In this document: positions 18,101-28,071 of the stretch, piece by piece | Position numbering within the stretch: position 1 is the stretch's first letter | Layout: each line of letters starts with the position of its first letter | From: Candidatus Doudnabacteria bacterium | GTDB taxonomy: Bacteria; Patescibacteriota; Doudnabacteria; UBA920 | NCBI GenBank assembly: GCA_038230955.1 | Contig: JBBRMG010000004.1 | Coordinates: forward strand, 1-51,640 | Length of the DNA stretch: 51,640 bases | Reading direction: 5' to 3' | Position numbers and translations under genes: made by a program | Notes under the pieces: model-generated | The model's database searches: none | Seen by the model: only the letters and a program-made list of their open reading frames with translations | What the model was told of the DNA's origin: nothing

Positions 18101-20186
18101 TGCCTAAATAACCAGTATATGGAGCGGGGAAATCTAATTCCCGCACCCATGGCTGAGAAGTGCCAATACTGTAAACAGAATCTGAAGGTAAGCGCTTAGA
18201 AAATGCGGCGTCAGAAATAGATGCAGTTGGTTCACCCGGTCGATAGACGTAAGTGCCGTTAGCTACAAACAAATAGTCGCCAGCCGGTAGAGTGTTAGAC
18301 AAGTGATCAATTCCATCTGGATTAACAGTGACAGTTTCTTCCTTAGGACCTTTTAGGAAAACGTCCCAACCGGAAAGAGCTCTTTCGTGAGTATTGTATT
18401 TACAAATAGTGACAGCCGATACACAGTCTTCTACTACACTAACATCATCAACAAAACCACCCAGGCTATTGCCTATACCCAAATCTGTAAGGCTCAATCT
18501 AGTGAGTGTGCCTGTAGCGGTGAAAGCATATGTGTGCTCTGTCCAAACCGTATTAGCATTGGCTGAACCGTCTTCATTAATCACATCGAGGACGGTGCTG
18601 CCCATTTTGACTTCTGTGCTGTTCTCAGTCAAACCTGTGCCAGGGCGAGGAGATGTCCATAGCTTGATAGTATAAGTACTGCCAACTTTGGTAATTAAAT
18701 CTTGATACATCTTAACCGAAGCATCACCACCGACGGAATTAGATGGGCCGCCTCTGTCAGAATCTAATTCAGTGTGCTGTGACCCGCTATGCGGAGCCCA
18801 ACCATTAACGCCTCTGTGTAATTCTGCTTTTGCTATCGCAGGAGCACCGGCTGGACGAACCCAGCTTACACTCCAACCCAATCCAGCAGTACCAGAATCA
18901 TAAGTGTTCCAGTTCTGAGGCGTAGCTACAACAGGAGATTCGAATCCACCATTTTTTACAGAGTTCACACCACAAGGAACCACCAATGGATCGCCGTTAT
19001 CTACGGTAAATTTCCATGGGTTAGTCCAAGCGCTGGAATTGTTTGCTCCATCGACAGCCCGAACATGCCAGTAGTAAACACCGGCGGGAGTTCCCGGTGT
19101 CGGGATCTCAGATGTAGTCAATGCTCCCGAGCTATAAGCTGGGGTGACAAAAGAACCGTCGACATTAGTGTCTGGAGTATGAGAAGATTGGTAATAATAA
19201 GTAACAGGCGTAGATGGGTCGGTAACGTCTGTCCAATCAACCTTTACTAGAGATGCTGTGGTCTCGAAACTGCCGTCTGCCGGAGAAAGATGCACCGGAA
19301 GCGGAGGAGCGGTTGTGTCGGATACTACGTCTTGCTCGAAATCGTAAGTGGTGGTGGTTGTGGTTGTTCCGAATACAAACTTATCAGTTTGAACATCATA
19401 GCTTGGGTTATTTGATCCAACGTTGACGCCGTAACCAATGACTTTAGCAGCAGGACAAATGGTCTTTATTTGGGTCAAGGTATAGAATGGTGGTCCCCCA
19501 GCCCCTGCAGTAATAGTGCCACCAGAGCATGTAACTGTCTTTGTAGACCAGAACTGGCCGCCGCTGACATCCCATGTCTGCCATGCACCATTAGTAACAG
19601 TGCCATTTTGGTATGGTTCGTAAACAAATGTTGTAAAACCAGTGGTGCCGTTTGCAAAAACCGGCAATTGATATGATGGATCGCCACTAACAAAGCCTGC
19701 GCTATTCTGCTTCGTAGAATAACTCAAGCTAAGAACATCCGTGATTGAAGTGCTTGAGGCGTGCATGTACTGAACTTTTGCAGTGGTAGCAGAATTGGTT
19801 GTCAGTTTCAAGGAGCCAGTCGGTAAAGGAGATGTTGCATCATTTACAAAAGAAAGAACACCACCTGGACGGGTATCTGTTTCGCTCCAGCCTTGAGTAT
19901 TACTCGGACGGACAATTACAGTAGTGGCTGTCGGGCCAGGTGTAGGCGGAGCAGGAATTGGAGGAAGCGTCAGAGTACTCGGATCTACTATGTTATTCAC
20001 CTGATCTGGGGCACTTGGATCCCCTACCGCAGCCAGAGCGCCCAAAGGCATTAAAACGTTAACTACCAACGCCGCTGCTGCGATAATATTGCCAGCAGTT
20101 CGGAGGGTGCCGTTCTTTGCGTTGTACCGCATGAAGCGATTACCCAGATTTATTGTCCAATCAATCATTATTTTTCCTTTGAGCAC
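15144..20186 (-). CDS. Giant secreted surface protein with LPxTG sorting signal
   Basis: Signal peptide (likely ATG 20132), beta-rich Ig/Fn3-like and lectin-like modules, SdrD-B-like repeats (FNDKNGDG..EPGL, YNDLNNDG..ESGL), C-terminal LPRTG plus hydrophobic stretch plus RKR. Confidence 0.85.
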   Translation of the reverse strand: MLKGKIMIDWTINLGNRFMRYNAKNGTLRTAGNIIAAAALVVNVLMPLGALAAVGDPSAPDQVNNIVDPSTLTLPPIPAPPTPGPTATTVIVRPSNTQGWSETDTRPGGVLSFVNDATSPLPTGSLKLTTNSATTAKVQYMHASSTSITDVLSLSYSTKQNSAGFVSGDPSYQLPVFANGTTGFTTFVYEPYQNGTVTNGAWQTWDVSGGQFWSTKTVTCSGGTITAGAGGPPFYTLTQIKTICPAAKVIGYGVNVGSNNPSYDVQTDKFVFGTTTTTTTYDFEQDVVSDTTAPPLPVHLSPADGSFETTASLVKVDWTDVTDPSTPVTYYYQSSHTPDTNVDGSFVTPAYSSGALTTSEIPTPGTPAGVYYWHVRAVDGANNSSAWTNPWKFTVDNGDPLVVPCGVNSVKNGGFESPVVATPQNWNTYDSGTAGLGWSVSWVRPAGAPAIAKAELHRGVNGWAPHSGSQHTELDSDRGGPSNSVGGDASVKMYQDLITKVGSTYTIKLWTSPRPGTGLTENSTEVKMGSTVLDVINEDGSANANTVWTEHTYAFTATGTLTRLSLTDLGIGNSLGGFVDDVSVVEDCVSAVTICKYNTHERALSGWDVFLKGPKEETVTVNPDGIDHLSNTLPAGDYLFVANGTYVYRPGEPTASISDAAFSKRLPSDSVYSIGTSQPWVRELDFPAPYTGYLGIQVNQANINWGTTFNPAHQYSAMYHVSASGKQKFRILDDVYGDNSGSLTVDVYPIFKGTTQENGCVTLTGVPYGNYTLDEIMQDGWTNQTGQGSAAVVNAPTQTFNLVNKKIDPCDPRSLNAQLDIAVSPIVCTKTINGTKFNDKNGDGKRQEGEPGLAGFHIVAVDKVETNSYTVDSTSAVGSTATVPAGKYLVVANGAWNNRIGSGSAELFDAEYYTQNTWSTHTDGTTPGAYAGAGPNEGDLMVNNTFVNWGPYQGSHSYGLVYNHAGGPLNFSIFDGDATTGVKNPAWYGDNSGTLGVKLYKVLAEADTNVNGDYSLDIPNGTAASDLVSVFEIQKADWTQTTPSSPNYHSVDLSNEDTLDGNDFGNKSDIIPTTNLHFIKVVCDKYSDVSGNNSANTADATGGKYTQFKNYANGAFTPSPLVDGMVNPSEIPGRDSSCARANGWNFKLSSDITQTTDTQTVGPTANGEFVTTTSGQNSALTPALQTAVATGQLWVSEVTQTGYDFAAIRCYKDAAYGDNLEVITLGNDQPTDIYCIAYNIRQVPPCVVTPISLVSGTLTKFEGLKEGGAAPADLTNPANYPSGTAGNAVAVGPTGYPGAWDAAINDPKVSGAVFVSNSATQPTNTGGPGFNGSVDSWRLFSQTFTIPAGATAISSPKLHIAADNEVKAYLDGTLIATSTSFSSVTDSGSLTLTPGTHTLKFSVKNYAFDQTNNPTGVIYKLDTITYACSGGGGGTPKFKVSGNIYNDLNNDGTKNGAESGLPGWTVTLSNYNSASPGAAPGAGSAVGTKVSDADGNYIFLDIAQGCYVLQETPQSGWTITEPTNASHQYLIALGGAICPFSPIVTEQSFVGKVLALVINTASASSSGVVTVNGDAIGLNFGNFSTQVIGGGGGGGGGGTIFAGGTGANNSGSGSTPPGQVLGDSTNIPSGSGLQIPLNPQVLGAAIELPRTGTPANVLWALALSALVIAGLRKRGGLLAR

Positions 20187-20413
20187 TTGCTTAATTGCCT
20201 ATAATTAAGTGCTTTATTAAATTTGTTTATAAAAAATAGACTTTTGCTTTGTTTATCAGGATACCACTTTCAACCGATTTGTCAAATAATACCTTGTATC
20301 TCAGGATTTTAGTATTCGCTACGATAAATCAACACTTATAAAAGGTTATCCTCAACAAATTATGAATATTTCATCAAGTCATTTATAATATAGATAGTTC
20401 AAATGTAGAAAAT

Positions 20414-21820
20414 ATGAAAATCTCATTCCTTGGTGCGGCCGGCGAAGTGACCGGCTCTAAGCATCTGATACAAACAGAAAATTACAACTTATTACTTGAT
20501 TGCGGATTGCATCAGGGTCGGCGGCAAGAAGCTAATGCCCTTAACGCCAATATGCCTTTCCCGAGCAAATCGGTTAATGCAGTCATTTTATCGCACGGTC
20601 ACTTAGACCACTGTGGTATGTTGCCAGTGCTGGTAAAGCAAGGATTCCGCGGCGACATTTTTGCCACCACCGCTACTGCCGACATTGCCCATTATATTAT
20701 GGCCGATTCGGCTCGTATCCAAGAACAAGACGCTCGCTATTTTAATAACAACTTGCCTGATGACGGCAAACCGATTGACCCCCTCTATACCGAAGAGGAC
20801 GCCTTGGCTGTCCAGTCGTATTTCAAACCTACTCCCTATTTCCGACTAAAGCCCCATTGGACTCAGGTTAATCCCAAAATCCGTTTTAAATTCTTAGACG
20901 CCGGGCACATATTGGGTTCCGCCCTTACAGTAGTGGAAATTACGGAAGGTGGCGTCACTAAACGCATTGGTTACACGGGAGACATCGGCAAACCGGGCAA
21001 TCCGTTACTCCATGATCCTGAACCCTTTCGTGAACCACTCGACGCATTAATAATGGAAAGCACTTACGGTAATCGGGATCATCGCTCGTTAGATGTAGCT
21101 GAAAAGGTCTTAGTTGAGACAATAAAAGAAGCGGCGGCCAAAAAAAGCAAGGTTATCATCCCTGCCTTTGCTTTAGGTCGCACCCAGCAATTAATTTATT
21201 CCCTACATCGCCTAACCGACGAAGGCCACATCCCCCGAATGCCCATCTATGTGGATAGTCCCTTAGGTTTGAATATTACCGAAGTATTCCAACGTCACCC
21301 AGAAGACCTCAACGCCAGCGCTTGGCAAGGCTTTACCAAAGATCATGAAAATCCGTTTTTGTTTCGTAACTTAGATTATGTTGAATCGGTAGATGAATCT
21401 CGCGCACTAAACGACCTCCCCGGACCATTCATGGTGATAGCGTCTTCGGGTATGTGTGAAGGTGGTCGGGTTTTGCATCACCTTATGCATCATATTAGTG
21501 ACCCCAACGCCGTGATAATGATAACGGGGTACCAAGGTAAGCACACTCTCGGCCGCAAAATCCAAGATGGCGTTAGTCCTGTAAAAATATTTGGCCGCCC
21601 GTATAAAGTGCGCGCCAAAGTTATCACCCTGGATGAATTCAGTGCCCATGCCGACAAAACTGCGCTTATGACTTACCTGTCCCACATACCGACGCCAAAA
21701 CAAATTTTCTTGGTCCATGGTGAAACTGACCAATCCGAAGCCCTGCAATCTGAATTACAAAAAAAATACCCCGGAGCAGCAGTACATGTACCGATGCTCG
21801 GGGATAATTTCGACGTTTGA
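20414..21820 (+). CDS. MBL-fold beta-CASP ribonuclease
   Basis: GAAGEVTGS, SHGHLDH, AGHILGS, MESTYG, SAHAD, VHGE. Confidence 0.93.
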   Translation: MKISFLGAAGEVTGSKHLIQTENYNLLLDCGLHQGRRQEANALNANMPFPSKSVNAVILSHGHLDHCGMLPVLVKQGFRGDIFATTATADIAHYIMADSARIQEQDARYFNNNLPDDGKPIDPLYTEEDALAVQSYFKPTPYFRLKPHWTQVNPKIRFKFLDAGHILGSALTVVEITEGGVTKRIGYTGDIGKPGNPLLHDPEPFREPLDALIMESTYGNRDHRSLDVAEKVLVETIKEAAAKKSKVIIPAFALGRTQQLIYSLHRLTDEGHIPRMPIYVDSPLGLNITEVFQRHPEDLNASAWQGFTKDHENPFLFRNLDYVESVDESRALNDLPGPFMVIASSGMCEGGRVLHHLMHHISDPNAVIMITGYQGKHTLGRKIQDGVSPVKIFGRPYKVRAKVITLDEFSAHADKTALMTYLSHIPTPKQIFLVHGETDQSEALQSELQKKYPGAAVHVPMLGDNFDV

Positions 21821-21831
21821 TTTTGTGTGGT

Positions 21832-22674
21832 CTAGTGGACAGTCACTAGCACCGTATTAATTTGTGCCGGCACAAATCGAACCGGTTTTTTTGATAGCGC
21901 CTCTTTGAGCTCCAAGAATTCCTCTTGGATATCGCTTAGACCGACTTTCCCGGCCATTTGCGCCTGCATTTCAGTAAGCATCATCAGCTCGCTGGTGTAA
22001 TCACCCTCCGGCCGAACGAACATCTCCTGTTTAACAGACATGCCTTTGCCGCGGACTAGGTCCTCGGTTACCATGCCGAAAAGATTTCGGCCAATATGCG
22101 GATCCACGTGGAGTGTTTCCATTACAGCGAAACTCAACGCCATGAATCGATCAAGCAGCGGCTTGTCATCGGTACTCCGAACGGCCGCCCAATCGTACTC
22201 CATAAACAGCATGTGCTGGTCGGCGAGATCCAGTAAGTTGTTCATGGCGACCTCTCGGTCAGCCTGCGACATATGCATGAGAACGAATCTCATGTGCACC
22301 AAGCCTTTCGGAATTTTATACCCCGACAGGCCATCCCTGATATCAATCTGATAGGCACGCGCCCGCTCAAGATTAAGAGCAGCGAGTTTTTGATGCATCG
22401 TGTAGGCGAATGCCTTCGATTCACCGGCATCGGTTTGCCGACCCGAGTCCAAACCGATATAGATTTTACCTTTACCGGCCACGTACTCCGCCAGAGTGGT
22501 ATTCACACCACAACCGGCATCAATGACGGCATTATACTGCAGCCGGTCTAATATAAATTTCGACACGTGATTAGGGTAATCGAAACTTTCCAAGCGAGCG
22601 ACTTCCCTGTCGCCCACGCCTCTTTCGTACATGTTGGCCGGTTTTTCTGAACCGCCCTGCGCAATATCTGTCAT
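21832..22674 (-). CDS. Class I SAM-dependent methyltransferase
   Basis: IDAGCG, RFVLMH, MEYDW. Confidence 0.75.
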   Translation of the reverse strand: MTDIAQGGSEKPANMYERGVGDREVARLESFDYPNHVSKFILDRLQYNAVIDAGCGVNTTLAEYVAGKGKIYIGLDSGRQTDAGESKAFAYTMHQKLAALNLERARAYQIDIRDGLSGYKIPKGLVHMRFVLMHMSQADREVAMNNLLDLADQHMLFMEYDWAAVRSTDDKPLLDRFMALSFAVMETLHVDPHIGRNLFGMVTEDLVRGKGMSVKQEMFVRPEGDYTSELMMLTEMQAQMAGKVGLSDIQEEFLELKEALSKKPVRFVPAQINTVLVTVH

Positions 22675-22863
22675 TATTGTCCTCCATCTAAACTCTAAAC
22701 TTCTAACTCAAATCCCTAGAAACAAAAGCGCCGATAAAAGTGCAATCGGACTGCTAACCATACCAAACATTGGCACTTTTGTCAATAATGTTTAAACGGG
22801 TGCATTGACAAAACATCAATAAAATGGTATAATTCTAGCAAAGAAAAACTGGAGGATTTTAAA

Positions 22864-23658
22864 ATGATTACAGAAGATTTGATGAGGGAGATGGCTACGG
22901 CTAATCTTCTTAGAATAGTACCGGTTTCGAAAGACCCAATTGAGGCTCTGTACGGTATTAATTGGACTGCTGGTGATACGTCGATGGATCAGATGGATAT
23001 CGCAAAGGCCAACATATGGCTTGAGCCTATCTATTGCCTCGGCCGCCTGGCATTGGCTGCAATTTTCATGGAAAAGTATTTTCCAGCCGTGGAAATTAGC
23101 AGCGCAGAGGTATTGGAAGATTATCTGGCTAATTTTATGGCTAGCATAATGTCCGATCCTCCGCTGCCAAGTGAGCTACATGAACTCCTTATGTACGAGG
23201 AGCCTCATTCCGTGCTAGCGTTTAAAGACGGCACCCAATTTGATCCATTATCAGTCGGTCTGGGTATGGATATACAGCATCCGCGGATAGAAAGCTATCC
23301 AATATGGAAACAAATTGGCAGTTCCTGGCTTTGTTCCCAAGCGCTACTGGAACAAAATCGGCACGCCAAGCTAGAATTGCTCGAGCAGGCCGAGGAGTTC
23401 TGTCCGAACACCACCCTCGTCGCGGAAAATAAAGCCGGTGCATATATGTTACTCGGCGATGTAGACCGCGCAATACAAGAATTGGATAAGGCAATCGAGC
23501 GACGACCAGTCGCCCGTTCCCTGTTTGGCTCCTACTTGCTAGGAAACCAAAACAGTTACCGGTTGTTAACCGATAAATATCCCCCGTTACTGGTCGAGTT
23601 ATTGAAGCAGGAGGTTAAAGACAATGAGCAAAGATATATCGCAAGAGCCCGATCTTAA
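22864..23658 (+). CDS. Hypothetical protein with C-terminal TPR
   Basis: ENKAGAYMLLGDVDRAIQELDKAIERRP; promoter TTGACA-N16-TATAAT (22805-22833) and GGAGG SD. Confidence 0.7.
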   Translation: MITEDLMREMATANLLRIVPVSKDPIEALYGINWTAGDTSMDQMDIAKANIWLEPIYCLGRLALAAIFMEKYFPAVEISSAEVLEDYLANFMASIMSDPPLPSELHELLMYEEPHSVLAFKDGTQFDPLSVGLGMDIQHPRIESYPIWKQIGSSWLCSQALLEQNRHAKLELLEQAEEFCPNTTLVAENKAGAYMLLGDVDRAIQELDKAIERRPVARSLFGSYLLGNQNSYRLLTDKYPPLLVELLKQEVKDNEQRYIARARS

Positions 23659-23827
23659 CAGAGTCGCCGAAATACTGGCGGCAATGTCGGATGAAGACCG
23701 ACAAGTCATGGAGTCCATGATGAAAGCCAAAGACCTAGCGACAGTCCGTGCGGCGATCTCGCAAGTATGCGCACGGAACTTCTCCCACAATGTGGGAGAC
23801 AAGGTCAAGGAGACATTGAAAAAATAA
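23624..23827 (+). CDS. Small hypothetical protein
   Basis: AGGAGG SD inside the upstream gene; followed by terminator agtcagtag...ctactgactttttt. Confidence 0.65.
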   Translation: MSKDISQEPDLNRVAEILAAMSDEDRQVMESMMKAKDLATVRAAISQVCARNFSHNVGDKVKETLKK

Positions 23828-23888
23828 TGCGTTAGCCTTAACAAGGCATAGTCAGTAGTGATCATTTCGCTACTGACTTTTTTTATAC

Positions 23889-23925
23889 AAAAAACCACCC
23901 ATCTATTTTATAGCTGGGTGGTTTT
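23889..23925 (-). terminator. Terminator of the ribosomal protein operon
   Basis: aaaaccaccca...tgggtggtttt. Confidence 0.7.
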
Positions 23926-23935
23926 GTAATATATA

Positions 23936-24646
23936 TTAACGCTTCGCCCACTGTGGGCTTCTACGAGCGCGACGCAAACCTGGTTTCTTGCGTTCCTTTT
24001 TGCGATCATCACGAGTCAGTAATCCATTCTTCTTTAAGACGGCGCGGATTTCATCATTCATAGAAGCTAGCGCTTGAGCCAGTGCATGACGCATTGCCTG
24101 GGACTGTGAGTGAATACCACCGCCATTAACAGAAGCGGTGAAATAGAAATCATTCCCAAAACCAGTTAACTGGAATGGCTGAGCAATTTCATCTTGAAAA
24201 ATCTGATGTTCAAAGTATTTGTTAATTTCTTTCTTATTAACCAAGGAGTGGCCTTTGCCCGCAAACAAGCGAATATTAGCGACTGATGTCTTGCGACGAC
24301 CAGTAGCAAAAATGTAGCGGCCATCAGAAATAGTGGGTTTGGTAAACTTGATTGCTTCAACTTCTGGCAAAGTTTCAATAGTGACCGCAGCAGTCGCAGT
24401 AGCTACCGGCTTAGCATCCTCAGCGCCCTCGCCTTTCTTAGTAGCGTGAGCTTTAGGCTCTGCTTTGTGGGCTGCCACTTTTTTGGCTACGGCTTTCTTT
24501 GCAACCGGCTCTTTAGTGACGTGATCCTTGTCAGCGTGCTCTTTGGTGGCATGGGTCTTTGGCTCTGCTTTGTGGGCAGCCTTAACAACCGGCTTCTTTT
24601 CAGCCTTGTCAGTAGTCTTTTTAGTTGTGTCGTCGGTCTTTACCAT
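23936..24646 (-). CDS. rpsI: 30S ribosomal protein S9 with long Lys/Ala-rich N-terminal extension
   Basis: TGRRKTS, GGG, LTRDDRKKERKKPGLRRARRSPQWAKR. Confidence 0.96.
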   Translation of the reverse strand: MVKTDDTTKKTTDKAEKKPVVKAAHKAEPKTHATKEHADKDHVTKEPVAKKAVAKKVAAHKAEPKAHATKKGEGAEDAKPVATATAAVTIETLPEVEAIKFTKPTISDGRYIFATGRRKTSVANIRLFAGKGHSLVNKKEINKYFEHQIFQDEIAQPFQLTGFGNDFYFTASVNGGGIHSQSQAMRHALAQALASMNDEIRAVLKKNGLLTRDDRKKERKKPGLRRARRSPQWAKR

Positions 24647-24650
24647 ATAA

Positions 24651-25094
24651 TTATGCGCTCTTTACTTGCTTGGTCTTCTTGCCAGCATCAATCTTGTAAT
24701 TGTGTTCAGTCCCCTTAACTATTTTCAGGCGGGATACCAATTTCTTACGGAATTTAATATCATCGATCATAGAGAATACAGCGCGGCGCAGAACAGACTC
24801 AGGGCTACGAACAATCTCGTCTTTCAGCTTCTTAGTCTTAATACCGCCCAGGTAACCAGAGTGATGGTAATAGTTCCGTTGTTCAATCTTGCGACCGGTA
24901 AACTTCAGCTTATCTACGTTTGTCGCCACTACAAAGTCACCCATATCCATATGCGGCGTGAAATCGCGCTTGTGCTTGCCACGGAGGATGTTTGCAATCT
25001 GAGTAGCAACGCGACCCATGGAATCACTGGAAGCATCTATTTCGTGCCAGGTGCGGGCTACAGTTGTCGGTAATGTAATTTTTTGAGTCTTCAT
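24651..25094 (-). CDS. rplM: 50S ribosomal protein L13
   Basis: WHEIDA, GRVA, LRGKHK.FTPHMDMGD, HSGYLGG. Confidence 0.97.
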   Translation of the reverse strand: MKTQKITLPTTVARTWHEIDASSDSMGRVATQIANILRGKHKRDFTPHMDMGDFVVATNVDKLKFTGRKIEQRNYYHHSGYLGGIKTKKLKDEIVRSPESVLRRAVFSMIDDIKFRKKLVSRLKIVKGTEHNYKIDAGKKTKQVKSA

Positions 25095-25122
25095 GATAGT
25101 GAGGTTATTCTAATAGTCGAAA

Positions 25123-25467
25123 TTATTCGACGAATTCCAGAACCGCTTTGGACTTGCCAGCAGCCGGGTCATTTAACTTTATCAAACGCATATATCCGCC
25201 TGGTCGGTCAGCGTACTTCGGGCCGAATACATCCATAGCTTTAGCAGCAGCATTGGCGGTTAAACCGGAAAGCAACATGCGGCGGCTTTGAAGTGTCCCT
25301 GTTTTAGCTTTGGTGATCAGTTTTTCAACGTACGGTTTGACCGCACGGGCATTAGCATAAGAAGTTTCAATTCTTTCATAGAGAATCGCCGAAGAAGCCA
25401 AAGTGCGCAACAGTTTGCGTCTGTGGTCCATGCCTTTACCGAATTTTCGCTTCTTTAAATGTCTCAT
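25123..25467 (-). CDS. rplQ: 50S ribosomal protein L17
   Basis: MRH, EKLITKAK, YADRPGGY. Confidence 0.96.
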   Translation of the reverse strand: MRHLKKRKFGKGMDHRRKLLRTLASSAILYERIETSYANARAVKPYVEKLITKAKTGTLQSRRMLLSGLTANAAAKAMDVFGPKYADRPGGYMRLIKLNDPAAGKSKAVLEFVE

Positions 25468-25490
25468 ATCTGTATAGTTACTTTATGCGA

Positions 25491-26450
25491 TTACTCGCGT
25501 CCTAATATGGTTAAAATCTCTGCGATAGTCTTGTCGCCCAAACCAGCCATGTTGTTAATGTCATCGGTGCTCAAAGCTTCGAGCCCTTCAACAGTGACAA
25601 CACCATTTTTGGTCAGTGCGTTTTTAGCGCGGTTAGACAAGTTCAGTTCATCTAGGCTTCGGCCGGTTTCATCAGGACCATCTAAGTTCGGCATAGAAGA
25701 TGCTTCGGTGTCGCCCTCGGTAGTTTCATCTGCAGCTTCAATGGCTGGCGGGTTGAAAGCAGCGCCGGCACCATTAAACATCATTGTAAAATGATCGACC
25801 AGAATACCAGCTGCGATGTCGGAAGCTTCTTGACCGTTGATAGAACCGTCGGTAGTCATGTTGAGTACTAATTTGTCATAGTCAGTCTTTTGACCAACAC
25901 GCACGTTGCTGATGTCATAGTATACAGACTTTACTGGGGAGTAGATAGCATCAATAGACAACATACCAGCTTCTAAGCGCGGGTTTTCCCGAGCTTCCAC
26001 TGGAACATAACCACGACCTTGTTCAACAATAAGCTCCATGTCAAAGTCAGAATTTTTGTTATCAAGGGTGCAAATGTACATGTCCTTGCTCACAATTTCT
26101 ACTTGGTCGTTGCCTTGAATATCAGCGGCGGTAATTACCCCTTCGCCCTTCTTCTTCAAAGACAAGCGCACTGGCTCAACACTATGACTGCGAACAGCCA
26201 ACTTTTTCAAGTTCAGAATAATTTGGATAACGTCTTCTTTAACGTTGGGAATGGTAGAAAATTCGTGATCGACGAATTTAATCTTGACCGCAGTAACTGC
26301 AGCGCCTGGCATGGACGACAACAAAACGCGGCGAAGAGCGTTACCAATGGTAACACCATAGCCAGGATACAAAGGCTCGAGCGTCAGCTCGTACTTATTT
26401 CCTTCGAGATGCTTGACCTCGACATTGTTAGGTAGTTGGATTGGGTTCAT
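25491..26450 (-). CDS. rpoA: RNA polymerase alpha subunit
   Basis: EPLYPGYGVTIGNALRRVLLSS, HEFSTI, GRGYV, alpha-CTD. Confidence 0.98.
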   Translation of the reverse strand: MNPIQLPNNVEVKHLEGNKYELTLEPLYPGYGVTIGNALRRVLLSSMPGAAVTAVKIKFVDHEFSTIPNVKEDVIQIILNLKKLAVRSHSVEPVRLSLKKKGEGVITAADIQGNDQVEIVSKDMYICTLDNKNSDFDMELIVEQGRGYVPVEARENPRLEAGMLSIDAIYSPVKSVYYDISNVRVGQKTDYDKLVLNMTTDGSINGQEASDIAAGILVDHFTMMFNGAGAAFNPPAIEAADETTEGDTEASSMPNLDGPDETGRSLDELNLSNRAKNALTKNGVVTVEGLEALSTDDINNMAGLGDKTIAEILTILGRE

Positions 26451-26560
26451 ACATTTGCCTCACTATTGCAATTGACCAGTTGTGATTCAGCCCGTAGTCG
26501 TGCAGGTCAATTAGAATATATTAATTGCTTAATGAGAAATAAATAATAGATAAAGATAAA

Positions 26561-27169
26561 TTAAATTCTACTATAGTGTTCAACAATGAGCTGGGTGTTG
26601 ATAGTGTTTTCAATCTGTTCAGATGTCGGAACGGACAGGACTTTACCAGCTAGTTCAGCGGCCTTCAGCTCTACCCATTCCTGAGTAGTGAAGCCTTTCA
26701 GCTTTTCTTTCTGGATTTCCATGTAAGCCGACTTGGCTTTTGGTTCGCGAACTTTCACAGTGTCACCCGGTTTAGTAGCGTAGGAAGGAATATCTACTTT
26801 CTTGCCGTTGACTTCAAAGAAACCGTGATTGACTAACTGCCGAGCTTGAGCGCGAGTTTCAGCAAAACCGAGACGGAACACAACGTTGTCCAAACGCAAT
26901 TCGAGTAGTTTCAACAAGTTGTCACCGGTCACGCCGGCTTGCTTGTGGGCTTTGTCGAAGTAGCGGAGGAACTGACGTTCCATGACACCGTAATTTATCT
27001 TGGCTTTCTGCTTTTCACGCAATTGCAATCCGTATTCAGATACTCTGGAACGGCGTTGGCCATGCTCACCCGGAGCGTATCCACGCTTTGGTAAAATTCG
27101 AGCATCTTTTGGTGTGAAAGCCATTCCTAGACGGCGGGCTCTTTTAACTTTTGGTCCTGTATATCGCAT
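26561..27169 (-). CDS. rpsD: 30S ribosomal protein S4
   Basis: RYTGP, SEYGLQLREKQK, LELRLDNVVFRLGF. Confidence 0.98.
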   Translation of the reverse strand: MRYTGPKVKRARRLGMAFTPKDARILPKRGYAPGEHGQRRSRVSEYGLQLREKQKAKINYGVMERQFLRYFDKAHKQAGVTGDNLLKLLELRLDNVVFRLGFAETRAQARQLVNHGFFEVNGKKVDIPSYATKPGDTVKVREPKAKSAYMEIQKEKLKGFTTQEWVELKAAELAGKVLSVPTSEQIENTINTQLIVEHYSRI

Positions 27170-27184
27170 AGTATTATATAAATC

Positions 27185-27652
27185 TTAGACGCGACGCGGC
27201 TTCTTCGGCCGAACCCCCCCGTGGGCAACTGGAGTCTCATCCTTAATGGTCAATACGGCCAGTCCGGAGCTTTGCAGTGCCCGAACAGCAGACTCACGAC
27301 CGGAGCCAATGCCCTTGATAAACACATCTACTTCTACTAATCCGCGTTCTTTCACGCGAGCTAGAGTGTCTTCCATAGTCTTACCACCGGCGTACGGAGT
27401 AGATTTCTTGGAGCCTTTAAATCCGGCTTTACCGGCGCTGCCCCAAGCCACAACGTTGCCAATAATATCAGTCACAGTAACAATGGTGTTGTTATAAGAA
27501 GAGGTAATGTAAATACGACCCTTGGTGATCTTAATTTTGGACTTCTTTTTCTTACCGCCCTTAATCTTAGATCCCATAGTCGCAACACCGGTGTCTGCAG
27601 TAGCAGTAACCGGAGCGGCAGTTTCAGTTGTGGTGATGTCTTCGTCAGCCAT
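27185..27652 (-). CDS. rpsK: 30S ribosomal protein S11
   Basis: NNTIVT, GFKGSKKSTPYA, GSGRESAVRA, RPKKPRRV. Confidence 0.98.
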   Translation of the reverse strand: MADEDITTTETAAPVTATADTGVATMGSKIKGGKKKKSKIKITKGRIYITSSYNNTIVTVTDIIGNVVAWGSAGKAGFKGSKKSTPYAGGKTMEDTLARVKERGLVEVDVFIKGIGSGRESAVRALQSSGLAVLTIKDETPVAHGGVRPKKPRRV

Positions 27653-27663
27653 ATATATGTAGT

Positions 27664-28053
27664 TTAGGTCTTATCAGATGACTTCTTGCGGCCGGATCCG
27701 GCAGTACGGCGAACATTGCCGTGGCGAGTTCTAGAGTTCGTTTTAGTACGCTGACCGCGCACAGGCAACCCTTTGCTGTGGCGACTGCCCCTGTAGGAAC
27801 CGATTTCTTTGAGGCGCTTGATGTTCAGCAATATTTGCTGGCGCAAGGAACCTTCTATTTTGAAATTCTTTTCAATAAAGTCACGCAACATGCCGAGCTC
27901 TTCTTCAGACAAATCTTTGGTGCGCTTATCCGGATCAATTTTAGTTTCAGCTAAAATCTTTTTGGATAATGTTAAACCAATACCATATAAATATGGTAAT
28001 GATGCTTCGATTCTTTTTTCATTAGGGAGGTTAACTCCGGCAATACGGGCCAT
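27664..28053 (-). CDS. rpsM: 30S ribosomal protein S13
   Basis: [25 protein letters not shown]. Confidence 0.98.
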   Translation of the reverse strand: MARIAGVNLPNEKRIEASLPYLYGIGLTLSKKILAETKIDPDKRTKDLSEEELGMLRDFIEKNFKIEGSLRQQILLNIKRLKEIGSYRGSRHSKGLPVRGQRTKTNSRTRHGNVRRTAGSGRKKSSDKT

Positions 28054-28071
28054 ACTATAATTTTCCTTGGA

